The notes beneath the pieces are model-generated. The model was not told where the DNA came from and made no database searches. It saw only the letters and a program-made list of their open reading frames with translations. From Eledone cirrhosa (Eukaryota), in the NCBI GenBank assembly GCA_964016885.1, contig OZ024742.1, positions 289,478,001 through 289,542,000 of the forward strand: DNA of 64,000 nt. The letters run 5' to 3'. Positions 37,650 to 52,000 of this stretch are shown here, piece by piece; position 1 is the first letter of the stretch; each line of letters begins with the position of its first letter. The position numbers and the translations under genes are program-made.

Positions 37650-40525
37650 ATCATCATCATCATCATCATCAACGTTTAACGTCCGTGTTCCACGCTTGCA
37701 TGGGTTTGGACGGGGGTAGTCCCACTTGAGGCAAGAGTGATTGTCTTGCTCGCATAGGACTGTCTGGCAGGTTTTCTACAGTTGGATGCCCTTCCTAACA
37801 CCAACCACATTTACAGTGTGGGTCTGGGAGGTTTTTACCGTGTTGCCTACACGGCCACATTACAGCGTGGACTGTGTGTTTTTTTGTCGTGACACCTACA
37901 CGATCTCGTTTGTTTCGGCCTGGATGGCGCGGCACCAACATAACTTTACATGGAACGGGGTGGTGTGGATGGGGTGGGGGTGGTGGCGGGACGGGGTGTA
38001 GTTTGTTAGAGATGCCTACTGGCAAGGCGGGTCTTCTCTGTTACTGAGTACCGCCAAAGGTCACGGTCCAGTGACATTGTCTTGGAGAGGTGTAAGTGTA
38101 TGAGGTCGGAGTTTATCAGCTCATCCCATGTTTTTCTAGGTCTGCCTATTCCGTGGCTACCGTCTATCTTTATTGCCCTGCACTTTGTAATACAGCTATC
38201 GACTTTCATGCGCATCACGTGTCCATACCAACGCAGCCTTCTCTCGAGTAAACAACATCTGATCCCTCTTATCTCTAATTTTTTCCTTAGTTCGTTTATG
38301 CTTTGCCGTTCACGTATATTACTGTTACACATCCAGCGGAGCATGCAAGCTTCGTTCCTCTCTAGTCTGCGTATATCCTCTGCACACAATGCCCAGGTCT
38401 CACTACCATGCAACATTGCTGTTCGTATGCAGGCATCGTACAACCTGCCTTTCATTTTTAGGGAGAACCCTTTAGCAGCTAATAGTGGTATAAGCTCTCT
38501 GAACTTTTTCCAACCAGTTCTGACTCTAGCTACAGTACTTTCAGAGCACCCTCCCCCACTGCTGATTTTATCGCCCAGGTAACGGAAGCTGTCCACTATT
38601 TCTATAGAACCCTCTGCGCAATTGAAAGAGCTAGTATTTTGTGGGCACTTGCTGCTACTTATTGCACCAGAACATCGGCCACATGTAAAGTCTATGTTCT
38701 TAGTTAGCTTACCTGTGATCCCACTACATCTTTTATGCACCCATACTTTGCATTTAGGACATAAGATGGAGTTTCTACCTACGCCTTTCCTACATACCGA
38801 GCACGACCATTTCCCAGAAGGGACCGCCGCCTTGTTTTCTTTCCTACAAACTAGAACTTTGGTCTTAGCCAGGTTAATTTTAAGTCCTTTTGACTCTAGG
38901 CCGTGCTTCCATGTTTGGAATTTCTTCTCTAGCTCGGCCATTGATTCCGCTATGAGTGTCAGGTCGTCTGCGTATAGGAGTTCCCATGGGCAGCCTGTCT
39001 TGAACTCCTCTGTTATAGCCTGAAGGGCAATAATAAATAGTAGGGGGCTGAGAACAGAGCCCTGATGGACGCCAACTTTTACGATAAACTCTTCACTATA
39101 TTCGTTGTTAATTCTAACCTTGCTGACTGTTTCTTTATACATGGCTTGTATAGCCCTCACAAGCCATTCGTCAACGCCTAGTTTTCTAAGAGCCCACCAG
39201 ATAATGGAGCGGGGGACTCTGTCGAAGGCTTTCTCCAGGTCGACAAAAGCTAAGTAGAGGGGTTTACCTTTAGCTAGGTACTTCTCCTGTAGTTGTCGTA
39301 CTATGAAAAGAGCGTCTGTGGTACTTTTGCCTGACACAAACCCGAACTGCATTTCATCTAGATCAATTCTCTCTCTGATTAGTTGCGCTATTACTTTTTC
39401 CGTGACCTTCATGACCTGGTCGATTAATTTAATGCCTCTATAGTTACTCCTATCTAGGGCGTCTCCTTTACCCTTATAACAGTTAACGATGATGCTGCTA
39501 TGCCAGTCCTTCGGAACAACCCCATTCTGTACGACTTGGTTAACTATGCGGGTGACCATGGTGTGTCCCACCGTGCCAGATGCCTTCAGCATCTCAGCAA
39601 CTATTTCCGAAGGCCCAGCCGCCTTACCAGTCTTCATATCCTTGATTGCCTTACTTATTATACTCCCCTCGACTAACACTGCTGGTCCCTCTATCGGGTC
39701 GATATGGGGGAGACTGTCTTTCTCCCATTTATTCTCCTCATTTAGTAGCCTTTCATAGTGACACTTCCAAGCTACCTTCTTATCAGTGTCGGTGATGGCA
39801 AGTATGCCATCATCGTTAAGTACACACTTCTCCCCGACAATATCACGGTTTTCCTTGACGCATTGCCTGGCAATCCTGAACACCTCACGTTTTTGGTCAT
39901 CGCGTTGTAGAACATGCTTGAACTTTCTTTCCTCCGCTTCCCTTCTTGCTAAGTACACTTCTCTCCTAGCTTCCCTCCTGGCCACTTGATAGTCTACTCT
40001 ACTTCCCCCATCCCGCCATACTTTCCAAGCCTGCTTTTTGGCCTTAATTGACCCCTCCACCCTATTGTTCCACCACCATGTTACTCTCCTCCTGCCTACA
40101 GGCCTGCTCCAGCCACAGACCTCGTCTGTCGCCAACAGCAGGTTTGCTTTCAGAAATTTCCACTGTCCCTCTATATTGTCCGATTTTAGATGCTCTTCCT
40201 TACTGTCGAAAGCATCAAGTAATATGCTTTGAAATTTATTTCTGGCTGTGGGGTCCTTTAGTTTCCATATTTTCCTCCTGAGGATAGTCCTCTTCTGCTG
40301 TCGGGTACGTCTCGTCCTGACTATGAGGTCGCTAATTATCAGTCTATGTTGGGAGGTGCATTCTTCATGGGGGAGGGATTTAGTGTTTACAACAGACACT
40401 CTGTCACGTCTTCTGGTAAGGATATAATCTACCTGGCTTGTGTGTTCCCCGGATCTATAGGTAATCAGGTGATTGTCACGTTTTTTGAAGTTAGTGTTAC
40501 AGATAGTTAGGTTATTTGCATCACA
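37650..40525 (-). mobile_element. RTE LINE, 5'-truncated within the endonuclease, remaining ORF open
   Basis: [45 protein letters not shown]-like finger, WYGHV; (CAT)n tail. Confidence 0.95.
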
Positions 40526-40630
40526 TATATATATGTATGTATATGTATATATATATGTATGTGTATATATATATATGTATGTGTATATATATATGTGTAT
40601 ATATGTGTATATATATATATGTATGTGTAT

Positions 40631-40680
<50 letters not shown>

Positions 40681-40852
40681 ATGTATATATATACGTATGT
40701 GTATATATATATATGTATGTATATGTATATATATATGTATATATATATATGTATGTATATGTATATATTTTAGTCTTTAATTTATTATTATTACTATATA
40801 TATATATATATGTATGTATATGTATATATTTTAGTCTTTGATTTATTATTAT

Positions 40853-40903
<51 letters not shown>

Positions 40904-40964
40904 CATACATATATATATATATATATACATATACATACATATATATATATATACATATACATAC

Positions 40965-40995
<31 letters not shown>

Positions 40996-41042
40996 CATAT
41001 ACATACATATACATACATATATATATATACATATACATACAT

Positions 41043-41089
<47 letters not shown>

Positions 41090-41176
41090 CATATATATAT
41101 ATATACATATATATATATACATACATATATATATATATACATATATATACATATACATATATATATATATATACAT

Positions 41177-41207
<31 letters not shown>

Positions 41208-41234
41208 CATATACATACATATATATATATACAT

Positions 41235-41287
<53 letters not shown>

Positions 41288-42732
41288 CATCAGGGCTCTG
41301 TTCTCAGCCCCCTACTATTTATGATTGCCCTTCAGGCTATAACAGAGGAGTTCAAGACCGGCTGCCCATGGGAACTCCTATACGCAGATGACCTAACACT
41401 CATAGCTGAATCAATGGCCGAGCTAGAAAAGAAATTCCAAACATGGAAGCACGGCCTAGAATCAAAAGGCCTTAAAATTAACCTGGCTAAGACTAAAGTT
41501 CTAGTTTGTAAGAAAGAAAATAAGGCGGCGGTCCCCTCCGGGAAATGGCCATGCTCAGTGTGTAGGAAAGGGGTAGGTAGAAACTCCATTTTGTGTCCCA
41601 AATGCAAAGTATGGGTGCATAAAAGATGTAGTGGGATCACAGGTAAGCTAACTAAGAACATAGATTTTACATGTGGCCGGTGCTCTGGTTCAATAAGTAG
41701 CAGCAAGTGCCCACAAAATACTAGCTCTTTCAACTGCGCAGAGGGTTCTATAGAAATAGTGGACAGCTTCCGTTACCTGGGTGACAAAATCAGCAGTGGG
41801 GGAGGGTGCTCTGAAAGTACAGTAGCTAGAGTCAGAACTGGATGGAAAAAGTTCAGAGAGCTTATACCACTATTAGCCGCTAAAGGGTTCTCCCTAAAAA
41901 TGAAAGGCAGGTTGTATGATGCCTGCATACGAACAGCAATGTTGCATGGCAGTGAGACCTGGGCATTGTGTGCAGAGGATATACGCAGACTAGTGAGGAA
42001 CGAAGCTTGCATGCTCTGCTGGATGTGTAATAGTAATATACGTGAACGGCAAAGCATAAACGAACTAAGGAAAAAATTAGAAATAAGAGGGATCAGATGT
42101 TGTTTACTCGAGAGAAGGCTATGTTGGTATGGTCACGTGATGCGCATGAAAGTCGATAGCTGTATAACAAAGTGCAGGGCAATAAAGATAGACAGTAGCC
42201 ACGGAATAGGCAGACCCAGAAAAACCTGGGACGAGCTGATAAATTCCGACCTCACACACTTACACCTCTCCAAGATAATGTCACTGGACCGAGACCTTTG
42301 GCAGTACTCAGTAATAGAGAAGACCCGCCTTACCTAAATACAAAGTAACATCTACTACAGTCAGTAGGCATCTCTAACAAAATACACCCCCATCCCACCA
42401 CCCCCACCCCATCCACACCGCCCCTTTCAATGTAAAGTTATGTTGGTGCCACAACATCCAGGCCGAAACAAATGAGATCGTGTAGGTGTCACGACAAAAA
42501 AAAAACACACAGTCCACGCTGTAATGTGGCCGTGTAGGCAACACGGTAAAAACCTCCCAGCCCCACACTGTAAATGTGGTTGGTGTTAGGAAGGGCATCC
42601 AGCTGTAGAAAACCCGCCAGACAGTCCTATGCGAGCAAAACAATCACTCTTGCCTCAAGTGGGAAAACCCCCGTCCAAACCCATGCAAGCGTGGAACACG
42701 GACGTTAAACGTTGAAGATGATGATGATGATA
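41288..42732 (+). mobile_element. 5'-truncated RTE LINE
   Basis: Starts at HQGSVLSP; ORF ends TRLT*; (ATG)n tail. Confidence 0.95.
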
Positions 42733-42738
42733 ATACAT

Positions 42739-42813
<75 letters not shown>

Positions 42814-42824
42814 CATACACATAT

Positions 42825-44719
42825 ATCATCATCATCATCATAATCAACGTTTAACGTCCGTGTTCCACGCTTGCATGGGTTTGGACGGGGGTTTTCCCAC
42901 TTGAGGCAAGAGTGATTGTCTTGCTCGCATAGGACTATCTGGCGGGTTTTCTACAGCTAGATGCCCTTCCTAACACCAACCACATTTACAGTGTGGGGCT
43001 GGGAGGTTTTTACCGTGTTGCCTACACGGCCACATTACAGCGTTGACTGTCTGGCAGCGTGGGCTGTAGTAGGTTTTACTTTGTATTTAGGTAAGGCGGG
43101 TCTTCTCTATTACTGAGTACCGCCAAAGGTCTCGGTCCAGTGACATTGTCTTGGAGAGGTGTAAGTGTGTGAGGTCGGAATTTATCAGCTCGTCCCAGGT
43201 TTTTCTGGGTCTGCCTACTCCGTGGCTACCGTGTATCTTTATTGCCCTGCACTTTGCTATACAGCTGTCGTCTTTCATGCGCATCACGTGACCATACCAA
43301 CGTAGCCTTCTCTCGAGTAAACAACATCTGATCCCTCTTATTTCTAATTTTTTCCTTAGTTCGTTTATGCTTTGCTGTTCGCGTATATTACTATTACACA
43401 TCCAGCGGAGCATGCAAGCTTCGTTCCTCTCTAGTCTGCGTATATCCTCTGCACACAATGCCCAGGTCTCACTGCCATGCAACGTTGCTGTTCGTATGCA
43501 GGCATCATACAACCTGCCTTTCATTCTTAGGGAGAACCCTTTAGCGGCTAATAGTGGTATAAGCTCTCTGAACTTTTTCCAACCAGTACTGACTCTAGCT
43601 ACTGTATTTTCAGAGCACCCTCCTCCACTGCTGATTTTGTCGCCCAGGTAATGGAAGCTGTCCACTATTTCTATAGAACCCTCTGCGCAATTGAAAGAGC
43701 TAGTATTTTGTGGGCACTTGCTGCTACTTATTGCACCAGAGCACCGGCCACATGTAAAATCTATGTTCTTAGTTAGCTTACCTGTGATCCCACTACATCT
43801 TTTATGCACCCATACTTTGCATTTGGGACATAAAATGGAGTTTCTACCTATGCCTTTCCTACACACTGAGCATGGCCATTTCTCGGAAGGGACCGGCGCC
43901 TTATTTTCTTTCCTACAAACTAGAACTTTAGTCTTAGCCAGGTTAATTTTAAGGCCTTTTGATTCTAGGCCGTGCTTCCATGTTTGGAATTTCTTCTCTA
44001 GCTCGGCCATTGATTCAGCTATGAGCATTAGATCATCTGCGTATAGGAGTTCCCATGGTCAGCCGGTCTTGAACTCCTCTGTTATAGCCTGAAGGGCAAT
44101 AATAAAAAGGAGGGGGCTAAGAACAGAGCCCTGATGGACACCAACTTTTACGCTAAACTCTTCACTATATTCGTTGTTAATTCTAACCTTGCTGACTGTT
44201 TCTTTATACATGGCTTGTATAGCTCTCACAAGCCATTCGTCAACACCTAGTTTTCTAAGAGCCCACCAGATAATGGAACGGGGGACTCTGTCGAAGGCTT
44301 TCTCCAAGTCAACAAAAGCTAAGTATAGGGGTTTACTTTTAGCTAGGCACTTCTGTAGTTGTCGTACAATGAAAAGAGCGTCTGTGGTACTTTTGCCTGA
44401 CGCAAACCCGAACTGCATTTCATCTAGATCAATTCTCTCTCTGATTAGTTGCGCTATTACTTTTTCCGTGACCTTCATGACCTGGTCGATTAATTTAATG
44501 CCTCTATAGTTACACCTATCTAGGGCATCTCCTTTACCCTTGTAACAGTTAATGATGATGCTGCTACGCCAGTCCTTCGGAACAACCCCATTATGTATGA
44601 CTTGGTTTACTATCCAGGAGACCATGGTGTGTCCCACCATTCCAGAGGCTTTCAGCATCTCAGCAACTATTTCCGAAGGCCCAGCCGCCTTACCCGCCTT
44701 CATAACTTTGATTGCCTTA
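42825..44719 (-). mobile_element. 5'-truncated RTE LINE with an internal stop near 44059 and a shortened 3' UTR
   Basis: ORFs 44059..44775 and 43087..44028. Confidence 0.93.
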
Positions 44720-44724
44720 TACAT

Positions 44725-44755
<31 letters not shown>

Positions 44756-44759
44756 CATA

Positions 44760-47700
44760 ACGAGAATGCGAGCACTCCTCATTGTTTCGACCGCGGACGG
44801 CTAACATAACCCCATCGCACCCCGCCCCCCACCACCCCCAACCCCCAAACGCAATCCAAAACTTCAGAGTTGGTACCATAAATGTAGGCACCCTAAAGGG
44901 TCGCGCTAACGAGGTTGTAGAAATGCTTGAACGTAAGGAGGTCGATGTTTGTTGTATTCAAGAGACCAGGTGGAGGGGTGGGTCTGCTAGATTCATTGAG
45001 GGTAAAAAACGATGTTATAAGCTTTTCTGGGTGGGAAACGACGATGGGCTGGGTGGAGGAGGAATCATGGTAGCAGAAAAGTGGGCAGATAAGATAATAG
45101 ACGTAAATAGAGTGAATGACAGAATAATTAAAATACGACTTGTCCTCAATAGAACTACGGTGACAGTAATATCTGCGTACGCACCCCAATCCGGACAGCC
45201 CGGCACTATAAAAGACAGATTCTATGAGACACTGATGCTAACTACCTCCCAAATATCCGACAGTGACTATATAATTATTGCAGGCGACCTAAATGGTCAC
45301 GTTGGACAACATTGTGACGGCTACGACGAAATCCATGGAGGCTATGGGTTTGGTACTAGAAATGAGGAAGGCTCCAGAATCCTGGAATTCTGTGATGCAA
45401 ATAACCTAACTATCTGTAACACTAACTTCAAAAAACGTGACAATCACCTCATCACCTATAGATCCGGGGAACACACAAGCCAGGTAGATTATATCCTTAC
45501 CAGAAGACGTGACAGAGTGTCTGTTGTAAACACTAAATCCCTCCCCCATGAAGAATGCACCTCCCAACATAGACTGATAATTAGCGACCTCATAGTCAGG
45601 ACGAGACGTACTCGACAGCAGAAGAGGACTATCCTCAGGAGAAAAATATGGAAGCTAAAGGACCCCACAGCCAGGAATAAATTTCAAAGCATATTACTTG
45701 ATGCTTTCGACAGTAAGGAAGAACATTTAGAGTCGGACAATATAGAGGGAGAGTGGGAATTTCTGAAAGCAAACCTGCTGTTGGCGACAGACAAAGTCTG
45801 TGGCTGGAGCAGGCCTGTAGGCAGGAGGAGAGTAACATGGTGGTAACAGTAAGGTGGAGGGGTCAATTAAGGCCAAAAAGCAGGCTTGGAAAGTATGGCG
45901 GGATGGGGGAAGTAGAGAAGACTATCAAGTGGCCAGGAGGGAAGCTAGGAGACAAGTGTACTTAGCAAGAAGGGAAGCTGAGGAAAGAAAGTTCAAGCAT
46001 GTTCTACAACGCGATGACCAAAAACGTGAGGTGTTCAGGATTGCTAGGCAATGCGTCAAGGAAAACCGTGATATTGTCGGGGAGAAGTGTGTACTAAACA
46101 ACGATGGCACACTTGCCATCACCGACGCTGATAAGAAGGTAGCTTTGAAGTGTCACTATGAAAGGCTACTAAATGAGGAGAATAAATGGGAGAAAGACAG
46201 TCTTCCCCATATCGACCCAATAGAGGGACCAGCAGTGTTAGTCGAGGGGAGTATAATAAGTAAGGCAATCAAGGATATGAAGACGGGTAAGGCGGCTGGG
46301 CCTTCGGAAATAGTTGCTGAGATGCTGAAGGCATCTGGCACGGTGGGACACACCATGGTCACCCGCATAGTTAACCAAGTCGTACAGAATGGGGTTGTTC
46401 CGAAGGACTGGCATAGCAGCATCATCGTTAACTGTTATAAGGGTAAAGGAGACGCCCTAGATAGGAGTAACTATAGAGGCATTAAATTAATCGACCAGGT
46501 CATGAAGGTCACGGAAAAAGTAATAGCGCAACTAATCAGAGAGAGAATTGACCTAGATGAAATGCAGTTCGGGTTTGTGTCAGGCAAAAGTACCACAGAC
46601 GCTCTTTTCATAGTACGACAACTACAGGAGAAGTACCTAGCTAAAGGTAAACCCCTCTACTTAGCTTTTGTCGACTTGGAGAAAGCCTTCGACAGAGTCC
46701 CCCGCTCCATTATCTGGTGGGCTCTTAGAAAACTAGGCGTTGACGAATGGCTTGTGAGGGCTATACAAGCCATGTATAAAGAAACAGTCAGCAAGGTTAG
46801 AATTAACAACGAATATAGTGAAGAGTTTAGCGTAAAAGTTGGCGTCCATCAGGGCTCTGTTCTCAGCCCCCTACTATTTATTATTGCCCTTCAGGCTATA
46901 ACAGAGGAGTTCAAGACAGGCTGCCCATGGGAACTCCTATACGCAGACGACCTGACACTCATAGCGGAATCAATGGCCGAGCTAGAGAAGAAATTCCAAA
47001 CATGGAAGCACGGCCTAGAGTCAAAAGGACTTAAAATTAACCTGGCTAAGACAAAGTTCTAGTTTGTAGGAAAGAAAACAAGGCGGCGGTCCCTTCTGGG
47101 AAATGGTCGTGCTCGGTGTGTAGGAAAGGCGTAGGTAGAAACTCCATTTTATGTCCTAAATGCAAAGTATGGGTGCATAAAAGATGTAGTGGGATCACAG
47201 GTAAGCTAACTAAGAACATAGATTTTACATGTGGCCGGTGTTCTGGTGCAATAAGTAGCAGCAAGTGCCCACAAAATACTAGCTCTTTCAATTGCGCAGA
47301 GGGTTCTATAGAAATAGTGGACAGCTTCCGTTACCTGGGCGATAAAATCAGCAGTGGGGGAGGGTGCTCTGAAAGTACAGTAGCTAGAGTCAGAACTGGT
47401 TGGAAAAAGTTCAGAGAGCTTATACCACTATTAGTTGCTGAAGGGTTCTCCCTAAAAATGAAAGGCAGGTTGTACGATGCCTGCATACGAACAGCAATGC
47501 TGCATGGCAGTGAGACCTGGGCATTGTGTGCAGAGGATATACGCAGACTAGAGAGGAACGAAGCTTGCATGCTCCGCTGGATGTGTAACAGTAATATACG
47601 TGAACAGCCAAGCATAAACGAACTAAGGAAAAAATTAGAGATAAGAGGGATCAGATGTTGTTTACTCGAGAGAAGGCTACGTTGGTATGGACACGTGATG

Positions 47701-48283
47701 CGCATGAAAGTCGATAGCTGTATAACAAAGTGCAGGGCAATAAAGATAGACGGTAGTCATGGAATAGGCAGACCTAGAAAAACCTGGGACGAGCTGATAA
47801 ACTCCGACATCACACACTTACACCTCTCCAAGACAATGTCACTGGACCGAGACCTTTGGCGGTACTCAGTAACAGAGAACCTTACCTAAATATATAGTAA
47901 AACCTACTCCAGCCAGTAGGCATCTCTAACAAAATACACCCCGTCCCACCACCACCACCCCCACCCCATCCACACCACCCCGTGTTATGTAAAGTTATGT
48001 TGGTGCCACGCCATCCAGGCCGAAACAAATGAGATCGTGTAGGTGTCACGACAAAAAAAACACACAGTCCACGCTGTAATGTGGCCATGTAAGCAACACG
48101 GTAAAAACCTCCCAGACCTACACTGTAAATGTGGTTGGTGTTAGGAAGGGCATCCAACTGTAGAAAACCTGCCAGACAGTCCTATGCGAGCAAGACAATC
48201 ACTCTTGCCTCAAGTGGGACTACCCCCGTCCAAACCCATGCAAGCGTGGAACACGGACGTTAAACGTTGATGATGATGATGAT
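44760..48283 (+). mobile_element. Near-complete RTE LINE coding region (APE + RT) with two frameshifts (about 45845 and 47050)
   Basis: GTINVGTL, CCIQETRW, SAYAPQ, AGDLNGHVG, VDYIL, then RT motifs across ORFs 44782, 45854 and 47116; (ATG)n tail. Confidence 0.95.
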
Positions 48284-48469
48284 ATATATATATATATATA
48301 CATACATATATATATATACATATACATACATAATATATATATATACATACATAATATATATATATATACATACATATATATATATATATATACATATACA
48401 TACATATTATATATATATACATACATAATATATATATATATACATACATATATATACATATATATACAT

Positions 48470-48512
<43 letters not shown>

Positions 48513-48583
48513 CATACATAATATATATATATATATATACATACATATATATATATATACATACATAATATATATATATATAT

Positions 48584-48614
<31 letters not shown>

Positions 48615-48824
48615 AAAGAGAAAATTGAGAGTGTATAACACTCAACTTATCAGATATATATATATATATATATATACATACATAATATATATATACATAC
48701 ATAATATATATATACATATACATACATAATATATATATACATATACATACATAATATATATATATATACATACATATATATATATATATACATATACATA
48801 CATAATATATATACATATACATAC

Positions 48825-48873
<49 letters not shown>

Positions 48874-48876
48874 TAT

Positions 48877-48921
<45 letters not shown>

Positions 48922-48974
48922 TATATACATACATATATATATATATACACATATATATATACATACATATATAT

Positions 48975-49027
<53 letters not shown>

Positions 49028-49030
49028 CAT

Positions 49031-52000
49031 ATCATCATCATCATCATCATCAACGTTTAACGTCCGTGTTCCACGCTTGCATGGGTTTGGACGGGGGTAG
49101 TCCCACTTGAGGCAAGAGTGATTGTCTTGCTCGCATAGGACTGTCTGGCAGGTTTTCTACAGTTGGATGCCCTTCCTAACACCAACCACATTTACAGTGT
49201 GGGTCTGGGAGGTTTTTACCGTGTTGCCTACACGGCCACATTACAGCGTGGACTGTGTGTTTTATTGTCGTGATACCTACACGATCTCATTTGTTTCGGC
49301 CTGGATGGCGCGGCACCAACATAACTTTACATAGAACGGGGTGGTGTGGATGGGGTGGGGGTGGTGGCGGGACGGGGTGTATTTTGTTAGAGATGCCTAC
49401 TGGCAAGGCAGGTCTTCTCTGTTACTGAGTACCGCCAAAGGTCTCGGTCCAGTGACATTGTCTTGGAGAGGTGTAAGTGTGTGAGGTCGGAGTTTATCAG
49501 CTCATCCCATGTTTTTCTAGGTCTGCCTATTCCGTGGCTACCGTCTATCTTTATTGCCCTGCACTTTGTTATACAGCTATCGACTTTCATGCGCATCACG
49601 TGTCCATACCAACGCAGCCTTCTCTCGAGTAAACAACATCTGATCCCTCTTATCTCTAATTTTTTCCTTAGTTCGTTTATGCTTTGCCGTTCACGTATAT
49701 TACTGTTACACATCCAGCGGAGCATGCAAGCTTCGTTCCTCTCTAGTCTGCGTATATCCTCTGCACACAATGCCCAGGTCTCACTACCATGCAACATTGC
49801 TGTTCGTATGCAGGCATCGTACAACCTGCCTTTCATTTTTAGGGAGAACCCTTTAGCAGCTAATAGTGGTATAAGCTCTCTGAACTTTTTCCAACCAGTT
49901 CTGACTCTAGCTACAGTACTTTCAGAGCACCCTCCCCCACTGCTGATTTTATCGCCCAGGTAACGGAAGCCGTCCACTATTTCTATAGAACCCTCTGCGC
50001 AATTGAAAGAGCTAATATTTTGTGGGCACTTGCTGCTACTTATTGCACCAGAACACCGGCCACATGTAAAATCTATGTTCTTAGTTAGCTTACCTGTGAT
50101 CCCACTACATCTTTTATGCACCCATACTTTGCATTTAGGACATAAAATGGAGTTTCTACCTACGCCTTTCCTACACACCGAGCACGACCATTTCCCAGAA
50201 GGGACCGCCGCCTTGTTTTCTTTCCTACAAACTAGAACTTTGGTCTTAGCCAGGTTAATTTTAAGTCCTTTTGACTCTAGGCCGTGCTTCCATGTTTGGA
50301 ATTTCTTCTCTAGCTCGGCCATTGATTCCGCTATGAGTGTCAGGTCGTCTGCGTATAGGAGTTCCCATGGGCAGCCTGTCTTGAACTCCTCTGTTATAGC
50401 CTGAAGGGCAATAATAAATAGTAGGGGGCTGAGAACAGAGCCCTGATGGACGCCAACTTTTACGCTAAACTCTTCACTATATTCGTTGTTAATTCTAACC
50501 TTGCTGACTGTTTCTTTATACATGGCTTGTATAGCCCTCACAAGCCATTCGTCAACGCCTAGTTTTCTAAGAGCCCACCAGATAATGGAGCGGGGGACTC
50601 TGTCGAAGGCTTTCTCCAGGTCGACAAAAGCTAAGTAGAGGGGTTTACCTTTAGCTAGGTACTTCTCCTGTAGTTGTCGTACTATGAAAAGGGCGTCTGT
50701 GGTGCTTTTGCCTGACACAAACCCGAACTGCATTTCATCTAGGTCAATTCTCTCTCTGATTAGTTGCGCTATTACTTTTTCCGTGACCTTCATGACCTGG
50801 TCGATTAATTTAATGCCTCTATAGTTACTCCTATCTAGGGCGTCTCCTTTACACTTATAACAGTTAACGATGATGCTGCTATGCCAGTCCTTCGGAACAA
50901 CCCCATTCTGTACGACTTGGTTAACTATGCGGGTGACCATGGTGTGTCCCACCATGCCAGATGCCTTCAGCATCTCAGCAACTATTTCCGAAGGCCCAGC
51001 CGCCTTACCCGTCTTCATATCCTTGATTGCCTTACTTATTATACTCCCCTCGACTAACACTGCTGGTCCCTCTATCGGGTCGATATGGGGGAGACTGTCT
51101 TTCTCCCATTTATTCTCCTCATTTAGTAGCCTTTCATAGTGACACTTCCAAGCTACCTTCTTATCAGTGTCGGTGATGGCAAGTATGCCATCATCGTTAA
51201 GTACACACTTCTCCCCGACAATATCACGGTTTTCCTTGACGCATTGCCTAGCAATCCTGAACACCTCACGTTTTTGGTCATCGCGTTGTAGAACATGCTT
51301 GAACTTTCTTTCCTCAGCTTCCCTTCTTGCTAAGTACACTTCTCTCCTAGCTTCCCTCCTGGCCACTTGATAGTCTACTCTACTTCCCCCATCCCGCCAT
51401 ACTTTCCAAGCCTGCTTTTTGGCCTTAATTGACCCCTCCACCCTACTGTTCCACCACCAAGTTTCTCTCCTCCTACCTACAGGCCTGCTCCAGCCACAGA
51501 CTTCGTCTGTCGCCAACAGCAGGTTTGCTTTCAGAAATTCCCACTGTCCCTCTATATTGTCCGATTCTAGATGCTCTTCCTTACTGTCGAAAGCATCAAG
51601 TAATATGCTTTGAAATTTATTTCTGGCTGTGGGGTCCTTTAGTTTCCATATTCTCCTCCTGAGGATAGTCCTCTTCTGCTGTCGAGTACGTCTCGTCCTG
51701 ACTATGAGGTCGCTAATTATCAGTCTATGTTGGGAGGTGCATTCTTCATGGGGGAGGGATTTAGTGTTTACAACAGACACTCTGTCACGTCTTCTGGTAA
51801 GGATATAATCTACCTGGCTTGTGTGTTCCCCTGATCTATAGGTGATCAGGTGATTGTCACGTTTTTTGAAGTTAGTGTTACAGATAGTTAGGTTATTTGC
51901 ATCACAGAATTCCAGGATTCTGAAGTTTTGGGTTGCGTTTGGAGGGTGGGGGTGGTGGGGGGCGGGGGGAGATAGGGTTACGTTAGCCATCCGCGGACGA

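Noticed and set aside
38082-51662. Recurrent antisense ORFs (MERCKC..., MKELVFCG..., MMLLCQSF...)
   Set aside because: Opposite-strand shadows of near-identical RTE copies
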